DNA of 64,000 nucleotides from a virus. The notes beneath the pieces were generated by a model. It saw only the letters and a list, made by a program, of their open reading frames with translations, was not told the origin of the DNA and searched no databases. Positions 1 through 10,148 of this stretch are shown here, piece after piece. Within the stretch, counting starts at the first letter, position 1. The number at the start of each line of letters is the position of its first letter. The translations under genes were made by a program, and so were the position numbers. The stretch covers positions 32,001 to 96,000 of IMG/VR virus record IMGVR_UViG_3300042396_000450; one strand, given 5' to 3'.

Positions 1-1
1 A

Positions 2-283
2 AATGACACAGGAACAACCAGAAGTTCCTACGCTATAGATTTAGCGGCATTAATTGAGATATATGGTGGTGTTGAGAATGCACTACTACTAGTTAACTCA
101 CTAGATGATCTGGAGATACATGATCTGATTAATCAGACAACTGAGTTACGTAAAGATCCATCAGTTCGAGATGCTGAGGAAGTAGAAAGAGATTGGAATG
201 ATTATGTTATTAATAATGATCTAGATCAGGAGATAATCGTAGACGGTAAGAAAACAAGTATAAATCAATTAATGGGGTTCTAA
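2..283 (+). CDS. 3' part of a gene directly upstream of the tape measure gene (possible tail assembly chaperone)
   Basis: Open frame from the window edge (NDTGTTRSSYAIDLAALIEIYGG...SINQLMGF). Its TAA overlaps the TMP ATG (TAATG). Function inferred from position only. Confidence 0.55.
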   Translation, partial: NDTGTTRSSYAIDLAALIEIYGGVENALLLVNSLDDLEIHDLINQTTELRKDPSVRDAEEVERDWNDYVINNDLDQEIIVDGKKTSINQLMGF

Positions 284-3200
284 TGGATCAATATAATCAA
301 GACGTTAACATTAACTTCCAAGGTGAAGATAATATAAGTGGAGTTATTGATAAAGTTAATGAGAAAGTTGGTTCATTACAATTCAAGATAATGGCACTTA
401 ACATAGGGTTAGGTGCATTTGGTAAACAGTTATTTACTAACTCTGATAACTTAGCTAAGTTTACTAAGGTTCTTGGTACAACTGATGTTCTATTAAATAA
501 GACATTTGCAGTAACTGGAGTAGTTAAAGTATTCTCAATACTAGGAACTGGTATTAATGATGCGAAAGCTAACTTAGATAGATTTAATGATGGATTGAAA
601 GCAATGCAAGCTAGTGGACTTGATATTGGCATTATTACGCAATTCACGCAATTACAAGATGCAGTATTAGGAAGTCGTAATGCTCTAGATTCATTTAGTT
701 TAACTGCATTAACTACATTTAATAGATTCAATAAAGTTAAATCAGAAGTAGCTACATTGTTTCCTGAGAATGATCCATTTATTAAGAATCTATCTACTAG
801 TATTCAGAAACTAGTTAATGAGGATCTTAAAAATGCAGTAACTAGTATTGACGCATTAAAAGCTAGTTATGAAGCTGCGTCGTCTGGTTTTACTGAAGCT
901 GCTGATAACCAAGCTGTAATGACAGCAGGACTTAAATTAGCTAAAGCTGGTGGTGCTGATACTGGAGCAACTATGAAGGTACTTGCTCAAACTATTAGTG
1001 CTTATAATCTGAGTGCTGGTGATGCAACTAAAGTTAGTGCAGTTCTAAATCAAACTGTACAATTAGGTGTAACTACAATACCAGAATTAAGTAATGGTTT
1101 TGCTCAAGCAGCAGTAACAGCTAACGCAGCTAAGATTAAATTGCAAGAGTTAGGTGCTGCTGTAGCAACATTAACATTAAAAGGTTTTGACACAAACAGT
1201 GCATTAACAGGTATTGAATCATTATCGCGCGTAATTATCAGCAAAACTCCTCAAGCTGCTGCTGCATTGCGAGAATTACGTGATGAAGGTGGTAAACCAA
1301 TTAGATTTGACGTTAGTGAAATAAAAGCTAAAGGTCTTACTAAAGCAATACAGGATTTAAATATAGCAGCTAAGGGTAACGTTGAAGTAATTCGTGAAAT
1401 AATTGCAGATTCTACTTCTTATAATACTTTCTTAGCATTAGCAGCTAATAACTCTGAGAAATTGGGTGAATTTACTCAGAAGATGTTTGATGTTAGTAAA
1501 ACAGGTGAAGTTGCACGTAAAGCATTAGATAGTGTATTTGGAATTAAATTAAATAACCAAGCTGAAACATTCGATGCAATTGTAAATAGAATAACTGAAC
1601 AATTCATACAATTTGGTGAACAGTTAGCTCCATTCTTTGACACTGGAGTTAAAGCATTAGAAACGTTCACTAAAACATTATCTGGAATTAGTCCAGAAAT
1701 GAAGAAGACTATAGCATCAATATTGCTAGGTCAATTAGCATTTAATAAAGTAACTGATACTATTGGTATTTTAGTTGGAACTATAACTAAAGCATTCTTA
1801 GCATATCAAGGTTTGCGAGTAACCTTGATGTTCATGAATGGAACTATAGGTGAACAGTTCAACTTAATTAATGGATTAATTAAAACTAAAGCAGGATTAG
1901 TTCCCGTAATTAAACAGTTAATGGGATTTGATCAATCACATCTATTAATACAAACTAAATTAAATACAGTTACTAAAACTAGGGGTGAATTGCTTAAAGC
2001 TGTATTTACTGGAGAAGGTGATAGATTAACTAACCTTAAACAATTAGTTGGTTTAGAGAAACAATATGAACTTAATGTAGGTGAGTTAAACAAAACATTA
2101 GATGGTAGAAATAAGATACTTGATAATCAAGTAGATAAAGTTAATGGAGTTATTAAAGCAACGGCTAAAGTAAAGGATGCTGAAGCTACAGCTAACTCTA
2201 TTAAACAAGAAGGTCTACAACTATTAGATGAGTTAGAGATATCTAATGCTAAACAACTTGATATTAAAACTAAATTAATTAAGGTAGAAGATGATCTTAA
2301 ATTAGGTGGTTCTAATACTGTTGCATTACAGAAGGAATCAATACTACTTAATAATCAATTAACTAATTCACTTGATGAACAACAACAACTACAAGAGTTA
2401 ATTAACGTAAATAACGTTAAGTATGGTGATGCAACTAAAGCATTAGTAACATCAGAACTCGCACTTGATTCAACTAGACTTGCAGCTAAGGAAAGACTTA
2501 GTGTTATAGTTACTAAACAATTAGCTATTGAACAACTGCAAGCTAACTTAACTATCTATAATGAGAAAGCAGTTAAGTTATCTACTGCTGCTGAGTTATT
2601 AAGAACTAAAGCTAAAGTTGATTCTGCCAACGCTTCTATTTTCTTACAACGTGCAGAGTTTCTACAAACTAAATCAACTGAATATGCAACGTTAGCAACT
2701 ACAACTCAAACTGCTATTATCGCTGGTAATGCAGAAGTTAGAAAACTTAAAATAGCAGCATCATTAGCAGAACAAGTTGCTGATGGTAATTTAATTAAAG
2801 TACAAGTAGGTTTAGGTACTAGTTACATTGCTAATAGTTTACTAACGAGAATACTGTTCTTCGATATTACTAATTTAGCTGGAGCTACTAAAGCAGTTAG
2901 TGTTGCAGGAACTGGATTTGCAGGTGTAATTGGTGGTTTATGGACAACATCAATTGGTATAGCTAGTGCAACATTAAGATTCCTAGATGCTCAACTTACA
3001 ACACTGTATCTTAAATTAGCTCCATTTACATTAGCGTTAGCTCCCATAGCAGTAGCATTAGGATTAATTGGTACTATTGGTTATGAAGCATTCTTCGGAA
3101 TGACAGGTCAATTAAATAACTTAAATAAAGAATTAAAAGAATTAGATAAACAAGGACAACTTAATTTAATACGTGAATTAGATAAATTACAAATTAATAA

Positions 3201-6200
3201 ACAACTTAATGAATCAGAACAGAAGAGATTACAACTATTGAAAGAATCAGTAAGTGTAGCTAAAGAAGCTGATGAAAGTTCTAAAGGTGTTATGGATCGT
3301 GTGGGCGATTTTAATAATACTATAGAAAAGTTTAATGCAACTAAAATTATATTTAATGGTATTATCAGTGGATTTGGTAAAGTTATTAATTTATTTAGAG
3401 CAGATGCTGTAGTAAAAGTTCTTGATGATATAGATGTTGCATCATTAAAAACTCGTGATTCTATTAATGAATTAACTAAATCAACTAAGAAACTTCAATT
3501 GGGATTTACTGGAATTGAAGAAGTAGATAAATTAATTAAGCAAGGTAAAATACTTAGCGCAACAGACATAGATAAAATTGCTAATGAAGCTAAAGTTGCA
3601 ACTAAGAGAACTGAATTAGAAATATCAATTAATGAAAATAAAATTAAGGCAGTTAGTGAACAACTTAAAGATTTCGATAAGTTAAGTATTGAAGAACGTA
3701 AACAAGCTAGTGACCACGAAAAACAATTAGATACACATCGTACAATATTAGAAACTGCTAATGATAAATTGAAAGATGTATTAAGTAAGAAAAAAGAGAT
3801 AGATAAGGCGCGAATAGAATATCAAACTCAACAGAACATATTACTTAAGCGCGTATTAGATAATAATCTGGAAATAGAAAAAGGTAGCACTACTATAGAA
3901 GGTGATCAAGGAGCTAACGCACTTCAAACTAGAATGAAGAAGGGACTTAGATTGGCGCAAACTGATCTAGAACAATATCGTCGTCAAGTTAAAGCAACAT
4001 TAGATGGAACTGGTGAATATCTTGATGCTAATAATAAGAAGGTTAAAATTGACGTAACTGATATGACTGATTACGTTAATAAATTTGACACTAATGTTAA
4101 TGGAGTTATTAGTAGTATTGATCAGTTATATCAAGTTAATGGTACTAGTGCAACTGAAGCAGCTAAAACACTTAAAGCTGTATTAGATACTAATAAACAA
4201 GAGATGAATATAACTGATTATATTAATGGAATTAACCAAGCTATAGGTTACATGAGAGATGGAAGTAAAGTAACAATAGACTTACTTAACTTAGAAGGTG
4301 AAACTCGACGGGCTATGTTAGATAGTGGAGTTACATCAACTAGAGAAACAAATGCTGCGATACGTAAGTTAAATGCAGCTAAGTTAGAAGAGGAAATTAA
4401 TAATCAGAAACAACTAATTGAATTTACTAAAGCTACATCTGGTGCAGATCAGAAGAAGTTAGATGCTGCTAAGTTAAAGTTACTTGAACAACAACTAGCT
4501 GCACAACAACGTGATAATCTTAAAGCTGAATTAGATGAAAGATTTAAACAACAACAAGTAGCATTAGATAGAGAACAAGAGTTAATTAAGTTAGATAAAG
4601 CTAAACGTCTTATTAGTGAAGAAGAATATAACAATAAGATAGCTGAGGATACTAAACGTAACTTAGATTTAAAACGTAAACAACTACTACAGGAACTAGA
4701 GTTAAATAAAAATGATTTAGAGAAAACTAAGTCTATTAATAATCAATTACTAGGAATTGATGTACAACAACAAGAGTTAATAACATCTAATTTAGAACGT
4801 GCAATTAATGTACGATCTAAAAAACGTGAATTAGAGTTAACTAGAGAACAAGCTTTAGTTGTTTTGAATAGAAGTAAGTTCTTAACTACTGAAGAACAAT
4901 CTATCAGAGATATAGATGTGGTAAGAAAAAAGGAGATATTAAATAAACAACTATCTCTTAATGAACAACTTAAGTTAGTTGAACATGATAAAACTAAACA
5001 GACGGAAATACAGAATCAATTACTTAATCTACAGTTAGATTATCAGAAGATAATAACTGATAATTTAGAACGTGAGTTTACTAAACGTAGTAAACTCATT
5101 GAAAATGCCGCGAATAGAACTAAGTTAGTTTACCGTGAATTAACTAACACCATTGATAATAATGTAGCATCACTTAACGAAGAGAATAAGATAATAGATA
5201 GTCGTAATAAGTTAACATCATCTACACTTGAAAATGAAAGTGCGCGATTAACTAACTCACTTAAAGTAACTAACGATATTGAGAAACGTGCTGCTATTGA
5301 AACTAAGATAGCTCAACTGCGCGAATCTAATCGTGTAGTTACAGATGCTACTGAACAACGTAGTTTAATTAATCAACAGAAGTTAATTGAATTATCATTG
5401 CAGAAACAACAAATAGAGTTAGATAGTCGGCGCAATGATGCTAATAATAACAGTAAGTTAATACAACTTGAGTTAGAGAAAGCTATTAAACAGAAGAGAA
5501 ATAAAGAAGATATAGATGCAATTAAAATTAGATTAGATGCTAATAAACAAGAACAATTAGCTATCACTAAACAGAATGAGTTACTAGATGTAACTAAACG
5601 TAATCAAAGTGAGATTAATAGTAATGCAAGTAGAGAACTAGAGATTAGACAACGTATAGGTAGAGAAGGTGGATTGCTCGATCTAGAGATAACTAAACAA
5701 AATGAGAAAATAGCTAGGTATGAGAAGATTGCACAACTGGCAAATCTAGAAGCTACAATTGCAGAAACTAATGCTAATAAAATGCAATTAGCTGGTGATC
5801 TACAAATTAAAAATTACCAAATGCGATTAGACCTTCTTAATAAACAAGCTGAATTAGAACAACAGCATCAAGATAATACACAACGTATGTTTAAGATGGC
5901 TGAGGGATTAGCAGTAAGTGATTATCAGAAACGTAAGTTAGCAGAACAAGCTGCTAAACAAGAGTTACTTAACCTTAATAAGAAACATCAAATAGAACGT
6001 GATATATTAGCTATTCAAATTAAGATGAATGAACTAGCTCTAATTAAAAGTGAGTTAGATCAAAAGAGTGCCGAAAAGAAATTAGCAGCAGAACTTAAAG
6101 TACAAGAAGCTGAAACAGCTAAAGTATTAAAGAGTAGAACTGCAACTGATGAAGAGAAGAAAGGATCATTAGCAACATTAGATGCTAAGAAGTTTGCATA

Positions 6201-6708
6201 TCAAGCTAAGTTAGAAGAACGTCCTATATTAGAACAGCAAGCAGAATTAAATAGATATACTAATACTATTCAAAAGGCTGCATTAGATAATAAACAACGT
6301 AATGAAACTCAAGATAAGACCGTTGCAGTTGCTAAATCTACATTTACTACTGCTGATGATCGTGCCATTTATCGGGCATTAATGAATAATCTAAGAGGAG
6401 ATAGACGTGAGTTAGATAACACTCGTATTAATTTCAGTCAGGAGAAGTTATCCAACTTATTTTCTTACCCTAATAGTAATGTCAACTTAGAAAGACCTAA
6501 CTTTGATTCAAATAGTGGTAAGTCTAAATCAAGTAATAGTAAGTTAAATAAAGATGTAGTTATTAACTTTAATCCAACTACTAATATTGAAGTTAAAGGT
6601 AATGCTGATGTTAAGGAGTTCTCTAAACAACTTAATAGTGAAAGTGATAAGTGGATTAAGGGACTTCATGAAACACTTCGTAAAGTTAACACTGAATTAG
6701 GTAACTAA
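283..6708 (+). CDS. Phage tail tape measure protein (TP901-like core plus long coiled coil)
   Basis: 2141 aa. Ala/Gly-rich TMP core (ASYEAASSGF...AGLKLAKAGGAD...LNQTVQLGVTTIPELS), hydrophobic mid segments, and a long E/K/Q/L coiled-coil C-terminus. Confidence 0.92.
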   Translation: MDQYNQDVNINFQGEDNISGVIDKVNEKVGSLQFKIMALNIGLGAFGKQLFTNSDNLAKFTKVLGTTDVLLNKTFAVTGVVKVFSILGTGINDAKANLDRFNDGLKAMQASGLDIGIITQFTQLQDAVLGSRNALDSFSLTALTTFNRFNKVKSEVATLFPENDPFIKNLSTSIQKLVNEDLKNAVTSIDALKASYEAASSGFTEAADNQAVMTAGLKLAKAGGADTGATMKVLAQTISAYNLSAGDATKVSAVLNQTVQLGVTTIPELSNGFAQAAVTANAAKIKLQELGAAVATLTLKGFDTNSALTGIESLSRVIISKTPQAAAALRELRDEGGKPIRFDVSEIKAKGLTKAIQDLNIAAKGNVEVIREIIADSTSYNTFLALAANNSEKLGEFTQKMFDVSKTGEVARKALDSVFGIKLNNQAETFDAIVNRITEQFIQFGEQLAPFFDTGVKALETFTKTLSGISPEMKKTIASILLGQLAFNKVTDTIGILVGTITKAFLAYQGLRVTLMFMNGTIGEQFNLINGLIKTKAGLVPVIKQLMGFDQSHLLIQTKLNTVTKTRGELLKAVFTGEGDRLTNLKQLVGLEKQYELNVGELNKTLDGRNKILDNQVDKVNGVIKATAKVKDAEATANSIKQEGLQLLDELEISNAKQLDIKTKLIKVEDDLKLGGSNTVALQKESILLNNQLTNSLDEQQQLQELINVNNVKYGDATKALVTSELALDSTRLAAKERLSVIVTKQLAIEQLQANLTIYNEKAVKLSTAAELLRTKAKVDSANASIFLQRAEFLQTKSTEYATLATTTQTAIIAGNAEVRKLKIAASLAEQVADGNLIKVQVGLGTSYIANSLLTRILFFDITNLAGATKAVSVAGTGFAGVIGGLWTTSIGIASATLRFLDAQLTTLYLKLAPFTLALAPIAVALGLIGTIGYEAFFGMTGQLNNLNKELKELDKQGQLNLIRELDKLQINKQLNESEQKRLQLLKESVSVAKEADESSKGVMDRVGDFNNTIEKFNATKIIFNGIISGFGKVINLFRADAVVKVLDDIDVASLKTRDSINELTKSTKKLQLGFTGIEEVDKLIKQGKILSATDIDKIANEAKVATKRTELEISINENKIKAVSEQLKDFDKLSIEERKQASDHEKQLDTHRTILETANDKLKDVLSKKKEIDKARIEYQTQQNILLKRVLDNNLEIEKGSTTIEGDQGANALQTRMKKGLRLAQTDLEQYRRQVKATLDGTGEYLDANNKKVKIDVTDMTDYVNKFDTNVNGVISSIDQLYQVNGTSATEAAKTLKAVLDTNKQEMNITDYINGINQAIGYMRDGSKVTIDLLNLEGETRRAMLDSGVTSTRETNAAIRKLNAAKLEEEINNQKQLIEFTKATSGADQKKLDAAKLKLLEQQLAAQQRDNLKAELDERFKQQQVALDREQELIKLDKAKRLISEEEYNNKIAEDTKRNLDLKRKQLLQELELNKNDLEKTKSINNQLLGIDVQQQELITSNLERAINVRSKKRELELTREQALVVLNRSKFLTTEEQSIRDIDVVRKKEILNKQLSLNEQLKLVEHDKTKQTEIQNQLLNLQLDYQKIITDNLEREFTKRSKLIENAANRTKLVYRELTNTIDNNVASLNEENKIIDSRNKLTSSTLENESARLTNSLKVTNDIEKRAAIETKIAQLRESNRVVTDATEQRSLINQQKLIELSLQKQQIELDSRRNDANNNSKLIQLELEKAIKQKRNKEDIDAIKIRLDANKQEQLAITKQNELLDVTKRNQSEINSNASRELEIRQRIGREGGLLDLEITKQNEKIARYEKIAQLANLEATIAETNANKMQLAGDLQIKNYQMRLDLLNKQAELEQQHQDNTQRMFKMAEGLAVSDYQKRKLAEQAAKQELLNLNKKHQIERDILAIQIKMNELALIKSELDQKSAEKKLAAELKVQEAETAKVLKSRTATDEEKKGSLATLDAKKFAYQAKLEERPILEQQAELNRYTNTIQKAALDNKQRNETQDKTVAVAKSTFTTADDRAIYRALMNNLRGDRRELDNTRINFSQEKLSNLFSYPNSNVNLERPNFDSNSGKSKSSNSKLNKDVVINFNPTTNIEVKGNADVKEFSKQLNSESDKWIKGLHETLRKVNTELGN

Positions 6709-6751
6709 CGTAGCCACTGATATAATAAGTGTAATTAATAAGTGATTAAAT

Positions 6752-7477
6752 ATGTTTATTTTAAATGATGTTGATTTAAGTAACTATGGTAGAGGTAGAG
6801 ATCGTGTTAAACGTAAAAGTAGAGGTAACTTATTACGTAATGCTGCAATTGGAGTTGGTGGATTAGCAGTTGCAGGTGGATTAGGTTATTTAGCATTAAG
6901 AGGTAAAGGTAAAGCAGTAACTAAAACTCCCGTAACTACAGTTAGTAAACCTAAATATAAAACAAATTATTTTGGTTTAAATGAAGATAACCCTATAACT
7001 TTACCTGATAATATATCAGCTAGACAACTTGAGTTAGCGAAACGGGGTAATCTAAAAGCATTAGGTATTAAAGGTAAAGAAGCTAATACTCAAAGTGTTA
7101 CTAATAGATTAAATTATTTATTTTATGGTGAAAATAAAGGTAGGGGTAAATTAAAGTTTAATAATATAAATGAAGTTAAAAATTTAATTAGAAAACGACG
7201 TAAAGATATTATAGGAAATCAAAAAGAAAGCTATCTTAAATATGTAAAAGATGTAAAAAAACATAATAATTTATTTAGTTCCGATTCAATAATGCGACAA
7301 AAAATTAATTCGTATAATCAATATAAAAAACAAAATTTATCAATTGAACAATCAATGCAAAATAAAAATATGAAAGATCAAAGAGATAAAATAACAGATG
7401 TAACTCAAAAAGTTCCAGGTGAGAAATATTACTACTATAGTCGCAACAATAATAATGTAATTAATTTAATAACGTAA
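6752..7477 (+). CDS. Highly basic protein with one hydrophobic Gly-rich segment (possible virion internal protein)
   Basis: GRGRDRVKRKSR followed by AAIGVGGLAVAGGLGYLAL. K/R-rich. Preceded by TGATATAAT (extended -10-like). Confidence 0.6.
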   Translation: MFILNDVDLSNYGRGRDRVKRKSRGNLLRNAAIGVGGLAVAGGLGYLALRGKGKAVTKTPVTTVSKPKYKTNYFGLNEDNPITLPDNISARQLELAKRGNLKALGIKGKEANTQSVTNRLNYLFYGENKGRGKLKFNNINEVKNLIRKRRKDIIGNQKESYLKYVKDVKKHNNLFSSDSIMRQKINSYNQYKKQNLSIEQSMQNKNMKDQRDKITDVTQKVPGEKYYYYSRNNNNVINLIT

Positions 7478-7497
7478 GAAAAATAGGATAACTAATC

Positions 7498-8121
7498 ATG
7501 TATCAATTTAGTATTTCAATTCCTCTAATTAAATGTTACGTTCGCAATGAATATCTATTTAACTTAGAATCTGGTTATGGTGAATTTACTCCAGTTGTTG
7601 TGTTCGGGTTAACTAGTTTAACTGGACGTGCAATTGGATTTCACATAATGACTAATGGTGGCGCACAAATAGCACGAGTTCCAATTAGTGCATTAGTTAG
7701 TAGAGTTGATGCAAATAACTTAAATCTTGATTGGTTACAATTATGGGATTGTTTCAGTTATCAAACTCAAGTTGTTTCTTACGATTATCTGAAGGAAATG
7801 AAATGTAAGGTTCTACTTAAAGATAAGAACTGGTATCAAGGTGAATATGTATTTACTATTGATTGGATAGGTGGTGATTGGGCAGAAGAAGCTAGTGATT
7901 ATAAATGTGGACATCTAATTAAATTAGATAATGGATGTTATGCAATTCAACCTAATAATCGTATCTATTGGTTAGGTGATCCATCATTCATAACAGAACC
8001 ATTAACTGAGTTTCCTGGTTATAAGATTAATACTCATAATTGGAAGTGCGAGAATCAAGATAAATGGGTAACTGAGAATACAGATAATTATTTTTATCAT
8101 ATTGACAAAGTTGAAGAATAG
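7498..8121 (+). CDS. Conserved phage hypothetical protein
   Basis: 207-aa ORF with motifs typical of a widespread phage family (CYVRNEYL, LQLWDCFSY, GEYVFTIDW, LDNGCYAIQPNNRI). Confidence 0.7.
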   Translation: MYQFSISIPLIKCYVRNEYLFNLESGYGEFTPVVVFGLTSLTGRAIGFHIMTNGGAQIARVPISALVSRVDANNLNLDWLQLWDCFSYQTQVVSYDYLKEMKCKVLLKDKNWYQGEYVFTIDWIGGDWAEEASDYKCGHLIKLDNGCYAIQPNNRIYWLGDPSFITEPLTEFPGYKINTHNWKCENQDKWVTENTDNYFYHIDKVEE

Positions 8122-8130
8122 AGTTATAGT
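8102..8130 (+). promoter_or_regulatory. Sigma70-type promoter for the ncRNA/tRNA transcript
   Basis: TTGACA (8102-8107), 17-nt spacer, TATAGT (8125-8130). Confidence 0.75.
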
Positions 8131-8136
8131 AACTAA

Positions 8137-8276
8137 TGTTAGACGTAGGTACTCCTTGATATACTAGCAGAATATCCGACCCTACGTTATGATATTACTA
8201 GGAGTTAATTACTAACTCAAAGAGTTATCAAGTTATCATAACTGTTAGTCGGTGAAACATTAAGGATAACTCTCCA
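8137..8276 (+). ncRNA. Candidate structured non-coding RNA / tRNA leader
   Basis: No ORF called. Helices ACGTAGG/CCTACGT, ACTCCT/AGGAGT (crossing the first, pseudoknot-like) and AGAGTTATC/GATAACTCT followed by CCA. Lies between the promoter and the tRNA. Confidence 0.45.
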
Positions 8277-8277
8277 A

Positions 8278-8351
8278 CCAAACCTGGGCTAATGGTAAGC
8301 CGCCTCTTTTGGGAAGAGGACATCATGAAAGTTCAATTCTTTCGGTTTGGA
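8278..8351 (+). tRNA. tRNA-Pro(UGG)
   Basis: Acceptor stem CCAAACC/GGTTTGG plus A73. D arm GGCT-AATGGTA-AGCC. Anticodon arm CCTCT-TTTGGGA-AGAGG. T arm GAAAG-TTCAATT-CTTTC. CCA not encoded. Confidence 0.93.
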
Positions 8352-8376
8352 TTGTTTGTGACATATATTGCCTCCT

Positions 8377-8406
8377 AACTCAAGTATTAGCGTACTTGAG
8401 TTTTTT
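8377..8406 (+). terminator. Intrinsic terminator after the tRNA
   Basis: CTCAAGTA-ttagcg-TACTTGAG followed by TTTTTT. Confidence 0.85.
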
Positions 8407-8413
8407 ATTATCC

Positions 8414-8442
8414 TTGTCATTTTGAAATAAAGGTACTATACT
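8414..8442 (+). promoter_or_regulatory. Sigma70-type promoter for 8470
   Basis: TTGTCA, 17-nt spacer, TATACT. Confidence 0.6.
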
Positions 8443-8469
8443 TTAAACAGTAGTCACAAGGTTAATAAT

Positions 8470-9324
8470 ATGAGTGAGATAACTTACGCACAATCTTATA
8501 TTGGTGAAGATGATATTGAATTGTATGTAACTAACGATGGTAAAGTTACAGGAGTTAGTCTATCAGGACTTGCTAAATTATGTGGTGTAACTAGAAAAGC
8601 AATAAGTCAAGTTACTAACAGCTTAACAGCACCCGGAACGAATACATACCCGAAATCGCTAGAACCCTTAGCTGGTAAGGTTTTTAACCCGGAAGTAACT
8701 GGAGAACGAGGTGCAAAAATAGTAATGGAAGATGTTGCAATTAGAATAGTTGAGTATTACGCTTATGAATCTAGAGTTAAAACAGATGTAGCTAAAACTA
8801 ATTTTCGTTTGTTAGCACAGAAAGGTTTAAATGCTTATATTAAAGAACTTACACCAACTGATAATGTAACATCAGTTAACTTAAATGACATTCAGAATAC
8901 ATTAACTCAACTTCTATTAAAGGTAGATGAGAATAATAAACAACTACTTGAGAATCAACAGATAGTAGTTGAATATAAACAACTTAGAAATACAACAGTT
9001 ACTATTATTCCAGGAGTAGATAAATTATTAAACGATTATTTAGAATTAGATAGTGATTTAACATTAACATCTAGTGATAGAATACCTTTAACTAAATGGT
9101 TAGAAGTTGAGAAAGGTTGTACATTAGATAGAAAAACACTACATAAGTTAGCTCACTTAGTTAGTGGTGCTTATAAGTCAACCACAAATAAAGAACCAGT
9201 TAGAGGTACATTTGTTAAACGTATTGTTAATGGTAAGAAAAAAGTACAAGCTAATACTTGTTTATATTCGTCAGATGAATTTCCAATATTAGAGATGGCA
9301 TTTAATAATTTAATGGGGGTTTAA
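8470..9324 (+). CDS. Antirepressor-like DNA-binding protein (paralogue of 31711)
   Basis: LYVTNDGKVTGVSLSGLAKLCG aligns with FYISNDGKQTGISISGLERLLG of 31711. Shared C-terminal WL..KG..L...HLV...YK..T.K.P block. Confidence 0.65.
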   Translation: MSEITYAQSYIGEDDIELYVTNDGKVTGVSLSGLAKLCGVTRKAISQVTNSLTAPGTNTYPKSLEPLAGKVFNPEVTGERGAKIVMEDVAIRIVEYYAYESRVKTDVAKTNFRLLAQKGLNAYIKELTPTDNVTSVNLNDIQNTLTQLLLKVDENNKQLLENQQIVVEYKQLRNTTVTIIPGVDKLLNDYLELDSDLTLTSSDRIPLTKWLEVEKGCTLDRKTLHKLAHLVSGAYKSTTNKEPVRGTFVKRIVNGKKKVQANTCLYSSDEFPILEMAFNNLMGV

Positions 9325-9327
9325 GTT

Positions 9328-9714
9328 ATGAATAATCAATTAGTTAAGTTAAGTAAAAAAAATAATATAGTAGCGGCATTTATTGAACATTACAAATTAG
9401 GATTAATAGATTACAATGTAATGCTAAAACAACTAACGTTAACTTTATGGGAAGTTACAAACACATTAATTGATGAATTTAAGTTACGTAAAGTAATTGA
9501 TCCAATTCAATTAGTTAAATTAGATGATGTTCAAATTGAGTTAGAATACCTCTACTTAATTAACTACATTCAACCTCATTTAGAATGTTTAGCTATCTAT
9601 ATGAAATCACATGAGGTAGAAGTAAACACAATTAAAAGTTATATTATTAATAACGATAACTTAAATGAAGTTAATATTGATGATATAACTATGTTAAATA
9701 ACTTACTATTTTAA
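9328..9714 (+). CDS. Hypothetical protein
   Basis: 128-aa ORF in tandem with 8470. Confidence 0.55.
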   Translation: MNNQLVKLSKKNNIVAAFIEHYKLGLIDYNVMLKQLTLTLWEVTNTLIDEFKLRKVIDPIQLVKLDDVQIELEYLYLINYIQPHLECLAIYMKSHEVEVNTIKSYIINNDNLNEVNIDDITMLNNLLF

Positions 9715-9719
9715 ACAAC

Positions 9720-9854
9720 ATGATTAACAACAAATTAACTGGTACTTTAGTTACAGATAAACTAGTACCTCTATATGATAAAGATAACAAGTTAATAGGT
9801 TACTTTAATAATCCATTAGCAGATCCTAAGTTAGTTAAAGAAGTATTTAAATAG
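9720..9854 (+). CDS. Small hypothetical protein (44 aa)
   Basis: MINNKLTGTLVTDKLVPLYDKDNKLIGYFNNPLADPKLVKEVFK. Ends just before a terminator. Confidence 0.45.
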   Translation: MINNKLTGTLVTDKLVPLYDKDNKLIGYFNNPLADPKLVKEVFK

Positions 9855-9858
9855 ATAA

Positions 9859-9894
9859 AATAAATCCACTAGCAATTAAGTTAGTGGATTTATT
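9859..9894. terminator. Bidirectional terminator between convergent gene blocks
   Basis: AATAAATCCACTA...TAGTGGATTTATT inverted repeat. Confidence 0.7.
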
Positions 9895-9968
9895 AGTATG
9901 TTATTTATCTCGTCTGTTAAGCTTCGCCATTAACAATAGATAAACTAATCTAGATATGCCATTATATC

Positions 9969-10148
9969 TCATACGTAACTAACTCTAACTATCTCACAGT
10001 TAACATATCTACTTTTAATTACATTACCAGCTAACTGATGATTACACTTCTCACGATTAACAGTTACATTAACTAACTCATTAGCACCAATACACCAATG
10101 TCCATCTGATTTAAGATAGTTAAATTTAACATCATATTGTTCAATCAT
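9969..10148 (-). CDS. Small hypothetical protein (59 aa)
   Basis: MIEQYDVKFNYLKSDGHWCIG...RVSYV. ATGA overlap with the dps stop. Confidence 0.5.
   Translation of the reverse strand: MIEQYDVKFNYLKSDGHWCIGANELVNVTVNREKCNHQLAGNVIKSRYVNCEIVRVSYV

Noticed and set aside
297-5567. Antisense ORFs inside the tape measure gene, and similar shadows (e.g. 30320, 53381, 39730, 51970)
   Set aside because: They lie opposite well-supported genes or the pseudogene, and have no motifs.
8201-8276. Second tRNA (76 nt ending in CCA, possible TCA anticodon)
   Set aside because: No TTC T-loop, no proper D arm and a non-canonical anticodon loop. Kept only as part of the ncRNA candidate.
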